A stretch of DNA of 60,811 nucleotides, the filler included, from Porpidia crustulata (Eukaryota): assembly GCA_964255105.1 (NCBI GenBank). It is 5 parts of 5 records of this genome, joined end to end, with 100 filler letters (N's around TTAATTAATTAA, not from the genome) between each part and the next. Parts side by side here need not be neighbours in the genome. Positions count along the whole stretch, not along the records: positions 36,606 to 48,662 come from CAXUWE010000570.1; 4 more parts are not named here. One strand, written 5' to 3'. The notes beneath the pieces were generated by a model. That model had not been told where the DNA came from. It saw only the letters and a list, made by a program, of their open reading frames with translations, and did no database searches. A program made the position numbers and the translations under genes. Of this stretch, positions 36,606-48,762 are shown in pieces (the stretch's first letter is position 1; each line of letters begins with the position of its first letter).

Positions 36606-37333
36606 GGATGGGAGGATGTGAGGGTGTGAGGGTGATGTGCTGAGCGGCTGGTCGCTGGTCGCTGGCCGCTGGTCGCTGGCGTTCAATGATCAAATTACAA
36701 CGAAACAAAGCCTGGAGTGATTCAATAATACCTACATCTTTTCGTAAATCGTCGCACGCGGTTGACACATTTCTCCACCTTTGGAGTCCTCACATTAAGG
36801 GTTACATTTTGATTTTTGATGAGAGAGAGAAAGAGAGGTTCTATGATAGACTTTGATATATGATGTTTTGGGGTGTTAGGGTGGTGGGGTGGTGGTGCTG
36901 ATGATACATGACGAGGATTGTATGGGATTGAAATTGGGATATATGTCGAATCATGGTTGCAGATGATCTTTCCGATTGAATAGGTTTTATGAGCACGGAT
37001 TGAAGTAACGCTTCCGTTTTGCGTAGATATGAACGAATACTGGAGACTAGTAGTCAACGATCAGAGCAGATGGACTTGAAGCGGTGTTTGAGAAAGTATT
37101 TTTTTCATGAATGCATACGGTATGTTGAGTAGTGTGGAGCTGATTGTAGCTCCTTCTACCATTATAGATCCTATTACCATACTAAACTAGATTTGTTCCA
37201 ATACCATGTTTGCATCTTCTATTAAAATCCTATTGGCCTTCATCTCTGCTCCTCCAAAGCTTCATAGCCGCGCTCCGGGTCGAGTGAAGTTTGCTTGGTT
37301 CCTCTGCCAATATTCGTGTAGGATTTTGAAAGC

Positions 37334-39045
37334 CTATTTGGTAGGGAGAGTATTCTTGAGTGGCAGACACCCACTTGTGTTCTTTATCTCGATGACTTCT
37401 TTGTGTAAACGCCATTGCATCCCCTTACGACGAATTATTCCAATGGCGAAGATGCCTGATATGCTGGTGACCCCAGCTATCAAGGTGAAGAATGGCCCTT
37501 CTTTGAGTCGAAGAAGTAGCGGTTGCATCGCGGCGACTCCACCAGCCGAAAGGGCACAACAGGCAATGTTCGCAGATGCTGCGGCAGTGCTGGGGTTTTT
37601 GCAATGGATGTCAATAATCAAGGTATTGAAAGTCTACTTAACGTGTTAATGCGTATAGCAAGCATGGTTGATTGGAAAACAAAATACCTGGTTAATGCCT
37701 GTAAATCCAATGAGGAATTGAAAGATCAGAGGGACTGAGACATGCTGTATATAGATTAGTCTGATTTTTCGTGGTATTCTCAGCGGACATCAACCGACAT
37801 ACTACTTTCTTTTGAACAGTCCATCCGTACGCAATGACTGAGGCAGCTCGTAGTAAAACGATTATCTCCGAATATCTGGTACGGGCATGTTCTATAGGGA
37901 ATTTGTTGAGGTCGTCCCCTTGGACTCTATCGGTCTCAAATCCTACCGGTTTCGCTGTTGACTTGTATTTCCAATCCATTAGCCTTGCTGTAGGAACATC
38001 AGTGTTAGCAAGTACAGCAATGCCGAGAAAGACTGAGAGAATAGGACTACCTACCGCTTGCCACACCTCCCAGAATAACACCAAAGCTGAGCGGGAGATA
38101 TGAGATACCAATCTTCGTCGTACTAAAGCCATAATTGGACAGGAGAAGGCCAGGTAATGAGGCTTGAACAATGTAGTAGACCATGTAGAACATGCCAGAA
38201 ACCAAAACGACCAAACTGGATTCTTTCTCAAACAGGATACGAACTGCTTTGGGAGGATTAGGAGCGATTACCAAGATCTTTCGTACTAAGCCCTGTGAAG
38301 ATTTTCTCGAGGGTTCCTTGTCCATGGTAGTCCGCGGAGACAGAAAAGGTAGCAGAGGTTTATTCATGCCAGTTGCAGCTATACTTCCATTCCCAACCAC
38401 AGACCTAGCTGTCTCTGTGAGGAAAAGTATAATTATCAGCAGAAATATGCCACCAACCATAGCCAGAAACCAAAAGATCCACCTCCATCCAGCATGAGCT
38501 GCCGAAGGCCCTCCTATAAGTGGCCCCAAGACTGGCCCGATATTGGAGCCGACAAGGGTCGGACCCACCATGGCTCCTCTTTCAGCAGGCATAGCAACAT
38601 CAGCAACAACACCATACCCAATAGCTGTAGTGGCGGATGCCCCTAAGCTTTGCAGCGTCTGGAGAACAAGAAGCGCGGTGTAGCTGTTCTGTCGAGCCAG
38701 TCCGACGCTCGCTGCAACATACATGGTAAAACTGATGAGATAGACAGGTCGCCGGCCCACCTTGTCAGATAACTCACCAAAAAAGGCAGGCACAATGCCT
38801 TGCACCACAATATAAGCTGTTATTGTGATATTGATCAGTTGAAGGCTTGTGTGGTACTCATCCGCAAGTATTGGAAGGCTCGGCAGATATATGTTAGCAG
38901 TAAGACCCGAGAACATCATGGCCACCCCGATCATAATTGTTATGAATGTCTTTTGAGCACCAGTGAAAACGGAATAAGGAATTGGGATAGATGGTTGACT
39001 GTCAACCTGAAAATCATGTCGTTCTTCCGGGCTTGAGGTTGACAT
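37334..39045 (-). CDS. MFS drug:H+ antiporter (DHA1, QDR-like), 3 introns
   Basis: YSVFT..K..I, NIYLPSLP.LA, GELSDKVGRRPVY, ERG..G, GWRWIFWFL, FLTETAR, FPIEHAR. The exons splice in frame to ...TFNTLIIDIH..PSTAAASANI. Confidence 0.9.
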
Positions 39046-40956
39046 GATCAGGCTCTTTTCAGACTAGCGATCCAGATCGTGTCGCATGTGGCAAGGAATT
39101 TCTTGGTATTTCTTACCAAGGCGGAGAACTCTAAAGGTGGGATGTGATTGAGAACGACTCGTGCCTTTGTCTTAGATTCACGTGCTGGAATGAGGCGGCA
39201 TCCGCCTGCGTACGCGAGATATCGTGAAAGCCGGTACCCCAGTTGGCGAGGCCATTTTATCTCAAGGAAGCACTGAACATTGTACTACGTATACAACAAG
39301 CTGACTCATAGCCTAATTACTTAAGCTATTCCGAAGGAATGCTTATTGCGCGCGAAGTTGCCGTTGTCTGACGCTATGTCGAAGCACTGAAGATGATTGT
39401 CCACGTTGAAGGTAGGTAGTTATCGTCTCAAAATTTGAGAAATCTCGAATGCTGTAAAGGAATTGAGATACATAGCTTGAAAATGATGAATGTTCAGCAT
39501 TGTCGCGCGGCTCAGAAGGTATCATTATAATGCTCGGCGGTACTGAAATGCATCAAACAGAACACTGAGATTTATTTCAGACTTCTGACTTAATCTCGAA
39601 GACCTCAGTGATAGGCCCGCATTTTCTCTTACTTAAATACTCAACGCGTTTTTCCAGAGTTTCCCATTAAAAATATTCGGTACCATAAGATATATGAAAG
39701 TATATCCTGTATGTTTTTGTGTCGATTAGATGCGGAATTCCAGGAATAAAGGAAGCATGAAGGTGGAAATGAATGGAAACAGGGACTTAAGGTTCGGGAG
39801 CTACACTTGATGAATGATAATACATTTGTTGTACTACTGTCCTTGCAATTGACGAAGAGAATGATCGATGATAGCTCACTGTAACAGCATAAACCAAGAT
39901 AATAACATGACAACAGAATAATAAGACAATGAGGCTGAAGTGAATATTAGACCGAGTACATGTATTAGTACTATTAAACATAGTAGTGCAACGGAAATCT
40001 CTGGCTTTTACTTTAAATTGATAGGCCAAAAATCAGCCAAAAATGATCTTCGCGAAGAGGAACCTGGTCGGTTGCTCGGATATCTTCATTGAACTTCAAT
40101 TTTTGGTCAGAGGGCTGTCAGTATGCTATAATGTTCCCCAGGCGATGTCATTCTGAGATAGATGCAGGAGCATGAGGTTGGAAACGAAACGGTCATGGCT
40201 GCCAAGTACAAGGCTTACGAGCGAGTATATCGGCGTCTCTACTCTTGTTCAGCTCGCCCTCGTATATTCAAGGTACCGAGACTCTTCCTTTCTTACACCA
40301 GAGCTCCTACCGAGCAACGATCTCTTACGAGCTCTGCAAGTTCTTATCCGCCCCAACAGTCATGGAGGTCTCCTTCTTCGAGATGACTCAAAGTCCGGCA
40401 CGCTGACGGCTTGATTTCCTTTTGTCAGTCAATATCTGTTTTTTTTTCATGTTGCAAGCAATTCGTGCATATCTCGCTGAGGAATACGACGGCTAGCAGC
40501 TTATAGTTCTGAGGCGAGTGTGGTGGTACAGAAGAGGCATCGGTTCTGCTCGAATATCAGAGCACTACTGATAGGGACGAAGTCCCATTTCTGTAGATCC
40601 ATTTCTGTAGATACGTGGGAACCAGACGGCTCAGCGAGTGATTATATGTAGGGTAAAGCTGGGCAGGATTGAGGATCGCTGTACGAGGAAGGTGCTCTGC
40701 GAATAAAGTGCTGATAGATATCGGTGATATTATAAGAGAATACGGTACGGTACCATCAGATTATTTCGCTATCGTAGGATGGACCAATAGCAAGCATGTG
40801 CGACGAAGAAGGATGCGAGATAGAGCATAACCAGACAGAAAACAACAACGGCTCATGTGGAAATCCGGGCACCTCGAACTTCTCTACGTGACACTTGGGC
40901 CGCTATCTATTCATACGTCCGACTTGCTAAGAAGCTTGATGCCCTTACGTGTCTCC

Positions 40957-41079
40957 AACTCTCAACAGGACACACCCCTCAGCGGGATAGTTAGGTTCTA
41001 ACTGAGGTAATAGTAACTGGAGCCCTAACCCTAAGCCTAACCCTCTGTTTAGTGGAGGGGGATGTCCCGTTAGAGAATT
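40957..41079. mobile_element. Short fold-back (MITE-like) element: about 25-bp imperfect inverted repeats around telomere-like repeats
   Basis: Left arm aactctcaacaggacacacccctc (40957-40980) versus reverse complement of 41055-41079 aattctctaacgggacatccccctc: 20 of 25 aligned positions match. Core is gccctaaccctaagcctaaccct. No target-site duplication seen. Confidence 0.4.
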
Positions 41080-41530
41080 CAAACTTATTAATGCTTATTC
41101 TTAGAATAGTTATATAGATTATACGAATACAATGACTTCTTCTTCTTCGTGTTGGATTTATTTATTCCAAGTCTCTCTTGAACTATCATTTCGATATAGA
41201 TTTATGACTCGTTATCGTATTATCACTCCACGCTCGCTCATCTCTTCGAAAAGCGTAACAACTGTGGTACAACTGATCACTTGACCTTCAGTTGATCGCG
41301 CATGTCTCAACTTTGGATCTAGCCACAGGTTTCGTCAGCCCATTCGCTACCCGAAACCAAGATCAATTGAGCATGTAGGGGATGCGGCCTTCTTCGAAAT
41401 GGTGAACAAACGCGTATCGCCAATCACCTGCGCTAAAGCATCGGGCCGTGAAACCGCCGAGGCCGAGCAGCGCGCTTAACACCTTGTCGTATCTATTCCT
41501 TTTCTGCATAATTCACCCATTTTCCTCATT

Positions 41531-42949
41531 ATGCCTCTTGATAGCAATAATCCAGAGCCTGAGCGGCCTCAGAAACGCGCTCGTGAGCTTGTTGATAGCG
41601 ACGTTGGACGTGCACCTGCAAGCAAACGCCATCGGCTCCCAACCCCATCGCCATCCGATCATCACCTCGGCAAACCCCTCATATCACCAAGTCTCGTTCC
41701 TACGCAGCCGCAGCCTGCCAGCTCCGTCAAGCATTTTTGGGGGGAAAACAACTCTGATTGCGCACCTGTGAGCAAGCGGCTCATTCATAACTGGCTTCAA
41801 ACTGTTCCTCCCTATCGCACGACGAGTGCCCCACCTCAATTGACTGGCGAAAGGGCGCTTGCGACCGTTGCTTCAGACAATTACCAGTATCCATTGATCG
41901 AACCATTCCAGGACATACCCCAATCACCACCTTTGGACATGCCGCAATCACAAGGACAAAGCTTGGCAGGGACGTCGGTCGCACTCACTCAGAGCTCGAG
42001 GCCTACCACATCCAGTGCCATATATCGCTCAATCCTTCGGAAAAACGGCGTTCGTATCGATCACACTGGGAAAATGATACCGAAAGAGTTGAGAAAGTTT
42101 ATAGATACGGACATTCTGAAAGAACGACGGATGGAATTATCGGCTGAAGACGTAGCCGCCACAGTAGACACGGCCATTACTATTGCAGATAGCGCTGAGG
42201 GTAATATCTACGATCTTATAGGCACTGCAATGTTTCCCGTCAAACGCCACGATGTTGGCCGAGGAGGAAACACACTCTGGTCCACCGACGCATTGCCCAG
42301 GAACGCTCAATACTCAAATTCTCTAGCTACTCCAAAACCTGACGTGCATATCGGATACCTCACAGATATGCAGAGTACATGGACCTTTCGAGAGAACGCT
42401 GTTGTCGACCACCGGGCAGCCACGCCATATACCCGGCCTACCAGAAGCAATTGTTTTCCATTTCTCGTGTTTGAATTGAAGTCAGAGGCCACCGGAGGGA
42501 CTTTATGGCAAGCAGAGAACCAAGCTGCTGGTAGCGGCGCCCACTGCGTCAAATCGATGCGCTGGTTTTATCGAGAAGCCTATCCCTCGAAAACTCCGTC
42601 GATACTCGATACGGCTGCTTTTACGATCGCTGCCACTCATAGAGAGGCCGTCTGCCATGTCCACTTCTATTCGGAAGAGGACGAAACATTCTACATGTCG
42701 TGCATCGGGGCCTTTTCTACGCTACGCAGTGTAGACATTCAAGGATCAAACGATATCATCGAGAACATTCTGGAGCATGGACTCGGCACCCGGCAACTGA
42801 AGATCAGGGCCACGCTTAGGGAGATGGGGCCTTGTTTTGAGCGCTGGAAGCCATCCAGACCTGCCAGTGTACTAGATTCATCTGCGGACAGCGCCCGGGA
42901 CTTACCTGCCGACGGTCAGAGCTCAAGCAAAAGTGTACGGCTGGCGTAG
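41531..42949 (+). CDS. Fungal PD-(D/E)xK restriction-endonuclease-like protein (DUF7924-type), intronless, 472 aa
   Basis: LATPKPDVHIGY...CFPFLVFELKSEATGGTLWQAENQAAGSGAHCV, preceded by a disordered basic N-terminus. Confidence 0.75.
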   Translation: MPLDSNNPEPERPQKRARELVDSDVGRAPASKRHRLPTPSPSDHHLGKPLISPSLVPTQPQPASSVKHFWGENNSDCAPVSKRLIHNWLQTVPPYRTTSAPPQLTGERALATVASDNYQYPLIEPFQDIPQSPPLDMPQSQGQSLAGTSVALTQSSRPTTSSAIYRSILRKNGVRIDHTGKMIPKELRKFIDTDILKERRMELSAEDVAATVDTAITIADSAEGNIYDLIGTAMFPVKRHDVGRGGNTLWSTDALPRNAQYSNSLATPKPDVHIGYLTDMQSTWTFRENAVVDHRAATPYTRPTRSNCFPFLVFELKSEATGGTLWQAENQAAGSGAHCVKSMRWFYREAYPSKTPSILDTAAFTIAATHREAVCHVHFYSEEDETFYMSCIGAFSTLRSVDIQGSNDIIENILEHGLGTRQLKIRATLREMGPCFERWKPSRPASVLDSSADSARDLPADGQSSSKSVRLA

Positions 42950-43421
42950 AGGGAAGGGAGAGAATGGTGGTATCGATTACAGTGATTGCACGATCGATAC
43001 TTCAACCGTTATCGGTGGTCTATTTGCATTGTTGTATCATTAAATACATCTGTCATCTACTGTCATTGCGAATAATTGCAGTATTGCGTCTCTCAGCAAG
43101 TATGCCTGCCTTGCGAGCTATTATTATTAGTCTTGCCAAACGCTTTTCTACGAAAGTATTCTCTATAACCCTAAAAATGGGGCCGTAGCGAAAATCGACC
43201 TCTTCACGTACCTGCGATAGTCCTTCGTTCAACTCAATCAGTGGTATCTTGCGGTTCCGTGCCCTCACTGTTTTTGCTTATGTTTTCCCACACTACTCCC
43301 CTCCACTCCTTTGTGTCCCTCATCTTTCTTCGCACTGTCAGTGTTACTAAAGGAAACTCTGATCGAGATAGTCCTCATTCGCACATCCAATGTTCTCTAC
43401 ATATGCGTTCGTTCGGAAAGG

Positions 43422-46400
43422 ATGGCTTACCACTTGATGAAATCACCCAGCGGTGAGACCAGGACTGGCCTTGCTGCGCAGACTGGTGACCCCTCATTGG
43501 ATCGAAGGTTCAGTCGATCCTGGCTCCGTTACCGTCGTGAGAATGACCTCCATAAGACACCAAGGGTCCGCTTGGGTTACGACTGTTGTATTTATCTCCA
43601 ATACATTCAGTTGATCTATTCTTGTACATGGACTCGGCCGTGGTTTTATCAAATCGTGGCGAAAGGGCGATGATCCTAGGTTGTAGTGGCCACAGCACTG
43701 GCTGCCTCTGAATCCAGACCTCTAACATGCGAGTATATACACCTTCTGTTACAATGCTGATTTCAAAGATGCAAGAGATAGCATTCTCAATGTTCATGAA
43801 AGTCGAACATGATCTAGTCATTCTTATCGACCACTCTATGGGAGGTCTTGTACTTAAAGTGGTTTGTTCGAACATCCCCATCGTTCACATAGCTTTTTCC
43901 CTTAAGTCTGATTGTTCAGGAATACATGTTAGCACTTCAAGATGTGCGGAGTCCTGACATTGGGCAACGCATTAGATATTTGTTTTTCCTTGCAACTCCT
44001 CATCGCAGCTCCGTCCTCACCGCGCTTTTTGAAAATGCGCTAAGACTTTCTAGAGTACTCTCGGCCAAGCATTACGTTGGAGATCTTGAGAAAAATATTG
44101 CGTCAGCGCAGATTATCAATCACGACTCTAGGAATTATGTACACGACGGTATCATGTTATAGTCATTCTTTGAAACACTGAGGACTGGCATGGGCATGGC
44201 CTCGATTTCAATAGTCGATAAAGAATCTGCGGTCCTAGGTTAGTCAATATTCCAAGTTCGGCATATCAGCTAAACCTTTGCAAGGTTTTCGGCACGAAGT
44301 TGTTCAATGTCTAGATGGAGACCATCGAGAGATTTGCAAGTACGACAATCCAGATGATCCAAGTTATGTAACTATGAAGAATGCATTGGCTACAGCAGTC
44401 AGTGACCTTTTAGAAGAAGGCATATCTTACACTATTTGTGAATCTGATTTTAACTGGCTTTGGATGGAGCGCATGCCAATAGAATTGAGAAATTTCGTGT
44501 TGCAAATGACAAACTTGAGGGCCTATCTCGACGTAAGTGATAGAACGGAGGAAGACTTCGCGAGCCAGGAGAACGCGTAAGTTGCTGCATCATGCCGATG
44601 GCTGGAAGAAAGGGAAGATTTTGAAACTTGGCACGACGTCTTTGACGATGTACTCGGCGAAAACTCCGACAATCTCCCACAATTCTATCACCTGAGTGCA
44701 ATGCCCGGAGTAGGCAAGACTGTTCTCGCTGGACACGTGAGAGCACATCTTCAAGAATATCGTCTTGATTGTGCGTATTGCTTCTTCCACTATGGCAATA
44801 AAAGCGGACAGAGGCTTAGTAGACTCCTGATTTCTCTTGCCTATCAAACAGCGTATAAAACACACACGTCCGTGAACTACTACAACAGCTTGAATGTGAA
44901 AGAGTACTCTCGGATAGAGATGATGCATGGTCAATATGGCGAACAGTTTTTCTTGATGGTGTCTTGCAGGTACAAACCTTCCTCAAAGACTTATCAGACT
45001 TACGCTGATTCATCTATAAGCAAAGATACATCGGCCACAATACTGGGTGATAGCCACTCTTGACGAGTGCATCAAATACGCCGAATTCTTCACATTATTA
45101 AGCAAAGTAGAGACAGCCTTCCCTTTACGAATACTAGTCACTAGGGTATTACCCGAAATCCCGTCGCACTTCTCCCGTTTTGGAAAGAATGCCGTGAGCA
45201 TTAGGACAAATTTGCACGATTCTCCAAGAGATATTGAAACACACATTCAGAATTGAATCGAAGTCCTTCATTTAGAAAGCAGTCAAGAAAAGCAAGAACT
45301 TGTAAACGAGGTTTTGGCCAGATCTGACGGGTGCTTTCTCTGCGCACATTCTGTCCTTGATGAGGTATCAAACGTTCACACCCATGAAAGTATTTACATA
45401 GTTCTGGAGGAGATTCCTGAAGGCATGATATCACTTTATCAAAGATCATTGGAGATCATGTCGCGTAATAAGATAAGCATGCATCTCGTCAAAGCCATCC
45501 TGTTGTGGACTCTGTATAGAGTACGCCCCTTACGAACATCCGAGCTTCAAGAAACATTGAAAATAGATATTCTTGGCATCGAAAGAACAGTTGAGGATTG
45601 TGGGGCCAATTAGTGTATGTCGACATGCATGTTACAGTACTCGAAGACTGACCTCGCGATGTATTGAGCTGAAGTTCCGAGCCAATTTCCTCAATAGTGT
45701 TTCTATGTATGGAGACGTGACAGACTGGGATCTCAAGACTGGCGAAATTTTTGGGAAGCCAGGAAATACAAATACAGGGAGCCAAAGGACGAATCTGGTA
45801 GAGCCCAAGACAGGCCCACTATTACAGCTTCCTTAACTCCCGATCGCCAGGTCCTTACTCTGGCGACAAACATGACTTATGTTTACTTGTGGAGCCTGCA
45901 GGATTCTGACTTCATTGGATGGTGTTCTACCGATGAGGGCGACGATGCTTCAGTGGTGCTGTTTCAACCCCAATCCGCGAATCAGCATACTTGCCGTCGG
46001 CTATTGGACCTGCGTTTTGGCAATCTTTGATTCTTGGTCACAGGAGATAATTCTATCCACCAAAACTGATAACGGAAATCAATCAGTACCGTCCCTAGCG
46101 TCTAGTCTGGATGGCCGAACTTTGGCTACGGTCGATTTCAGTGGTACAATGCAGATCTGGGATTTTGAGACTCTCGTTTTGCTTTACCAAATCAGATCAT
46201 CTGATTGCGGATCCAGAGTCATTCATTTCAATTGCAATGGGCTGCAAATCTTGGATCTAACAGGTTTGAACCTAAGAATATGGGAACCAGCAGCGTTATT
46301 CCGCAAGACTCTTGAGGGGGACGGTAGTGTCAGCGATGCCGCAGTTCTATCAGCCATCGGGGGTTAACCAGAGGCAAAATTGGGACAAAGAATCACTGCT

Positions 46401-47425
46401 ATGGTAAGCCATCCGACTTTACCAGTTGTATTTTTCGGGAAATATAAAGGATTTGTCGCCATCTATAATTCGAGAACCGGGAAACAAGACGCGGCATATT
46501 ATATCCATCTGGATGATGACTACAGTTGCTTTAAGTCCAGACCATCTACTTGGATCTGGTGATAGAAATGGTAATATACAGGTCTGGCAGCTGATTAGAT
46601 TTCCATCTCAGACTGTGAGGATCAGTACTCCCATACTCAAAACTCTGGCTACCCAGCCTGTCCAGCAAATATTGATTAGTCCTGGGGAAGAATTTGTGCT
46701 GATATCGACCATAATGTTTAATTCCGTGTATTCTCTTCAAAATGGCACATGCACTGGCAAATTTTGATGTGTTCCACAGAGAAAAACACTTGGGAATGGT
46801 TTGCAGAAATCGACACATATCCAGAGCTCCTGCATGTCTTTGGTGATGAAGTCTTACTGTCTAGCTGGGACGACTTGCCGCATCTTTCAAGCCCTCGTAT
46901 CTTCGCACTGCCTTCAGAATGGCAACATATCATAACAGAGACTCCAATCAACTCTGTGGGTTTAGACACCGAGGCTGAAATCTTTGCCATTAGTCTCCAC
47001 CAAGATTACTTTAAGTTGACTATGAAAGATATGTTGATTCTCTCCGTGGGGACCGCTCTGTCATCCCTTTCCACAAATTCTCCAACAGTTCCATCCAGCA
47101 TGCTGACTTCTCATCCTACCTATCCGGGTTTATGCGACTGTGTCGAGCATTCTTAGGCTTCTTTGGTAGTGATCTATTATTCATTGACAAAGCGTCTTGG
47201 TTTTCGAGTATCAACCTCAAACCGGGAATGGCCAATGCTGAAAGAGAAAACTACACGCGGCATTTTTTCGTTCCCAAGGAATTTGTGACCAAAGTGAGTG
47301 GTCTACTACCAATAATATCCCCAGACAAAGATTGCATTTTTGTCGTTGAGGGCGAGCTGGCTGTTGTGCGGAATGGCTTTAAATTCAGTAACTTTGTAAA
47401 GGTGGGTAAGGCAGGACGGCAGTGA
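43422..47425 (+). pseudogene. Degenerate fungal NLR: alpha/beta-hydrolase (SesB/PGAP1-like) + NACHT + WD40
   Basis: Fragments in shifting frames: KGPLGLRLL, VHGLG..SWRKGDDP..WP, HSMGGLVLK, FLATPHRSS, L*SFFET, DHREICKY, P-loop PGVGKTVLAGHV, LDEC, and WD40 pieces (DGRTLATVDFSGTMQIWDFETL). Many stops and frameshifts. Confidence 0.9.
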
Positions 47426-48662
47426 TCCGATGAGGCTAGGAGGGACCGCTATTCAGATTGACTGTGGGAAAAGAAGCTGCGGGAGAATGACATGCTGTGA
47501 AGCAACACGGTTCTACCGCGCTAATTCCAGAATTCTACGGAAAAGGATTCGACAACAACCTTCTAGTGGTGATCACAACCCTATAAAAAAGTAACACCGA
47601 TCCATAATTCCGAGACATAAGATTTCATGTTGGTAAGGAGGTGGGTGGAGGCAGCTGGGCCAGTGGGGTCAACGGAGTTTCAGGAATGAGGGTAGGTTGG
47701 AGGGCGAAGTACATTTCACGATATCTTCAGATGGCCGAGCGACAATGTTAAAAAGCCTTTCTACCGCGCAAGAGACTGACACAATTCATACCAACGACGA
47801 CATGCAATCGGCGTAGCATGCAGGTTTGTGCGGATCCTCATCCGCACTGCTCCTTACATCTCGCCTCAGCCACAAGTCCTCCGCGCCACTCGTCTTTCTG
47901 ACAAGACGACGCCTTCTCACTAGCAGCAGCCCCAGCTCCTCTTTCAACCTGTATCGATCCGGTGGAAATTTTGGCGATCGGATCTACGAGCGCTTCCCCC
48001 CGGTCCAGATCGAGGCAGTGTTCGAAAGTGCGGGACGCGACTGGCGATAAGCGACTAGGGTGGTGGGAAGACAAGAAAAAGCCAGGTTGGCGGCGTCTTT
48101 GGTCTGGGTACGGGGTTTGAAGTGTTATGATGGGCAGGGAGAAAGGATGTTAAGTGCTGGATGTGTTGGTTGATGAGGATCTGGCGGGTCGGCGACTTTG
48201 ATGAGTGTTCTTGCTGCGCGTGTTTGAATCCTTCGCTATCGATTGTGCGTTATGTCTATTCATCGGATCTATTGATGATATGATTGTGTATGCAGATTTC
48301 TCACGGTAGAAGACTAAATAAAAGACAACGCTTTTGATCCTCCACGGTGTTTATCCGGTGAAGCTCTGATTTTATGGAGATTGATTTCAGACTTCCATCC
48401 TATACATGTGTCGACGACAGTTTCTGAAGACTTCTTAGTGCGGAGAATTTTCGGTTCACTTCTGGAAAAATATGGATACGATCTGGCATTCAGCCTCTAG
48501 GCCAGCACTCTCGTTGAGTCCTAGCCATGGAGTAATAAGCCTATCAGCAAGCCCACAGACAATCTCTTCCCTCTCCGTCTCTCATACCCTCTCCACCTCT
48601 CAAACCCGCAGTCAGAATGCACATCTCCGCAATGTTCAGCATACACGACCGCTCGATATCCC

Positions 48663-48762
48663 NNNNNNNNNNNNNNNNNNNNNNNNNNNNNNNNNNNNNN
48701 NNNNNNTTAATTAATTAANNNNNNNNNNNNNNNNNNNNNNNNNNNNNNNNNNNNNNNNNNNN
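48663..48762. other. Artificial contig spacer
   Basis: 44N-TTAATTAATTAA-44N. Confidence 0.99.

Noticed and set aside
36646..36680. (GCTGGTC)n repeat, and similar short repeats at about 19417, 50818 and 50995
   Set aside because: Ordinary simple repeats without spacers; not CRISPR-like.
41022..41044. Telomerase RNA template candidate (CTAACCCTAA)
   Set aside because: Filamentous-ascomycete telomerase RNAs are about 2 kb and would overlap the ORF at 41531. No pseudoknot or CR4/5 is recognisable, and the repeat is longer than a template.
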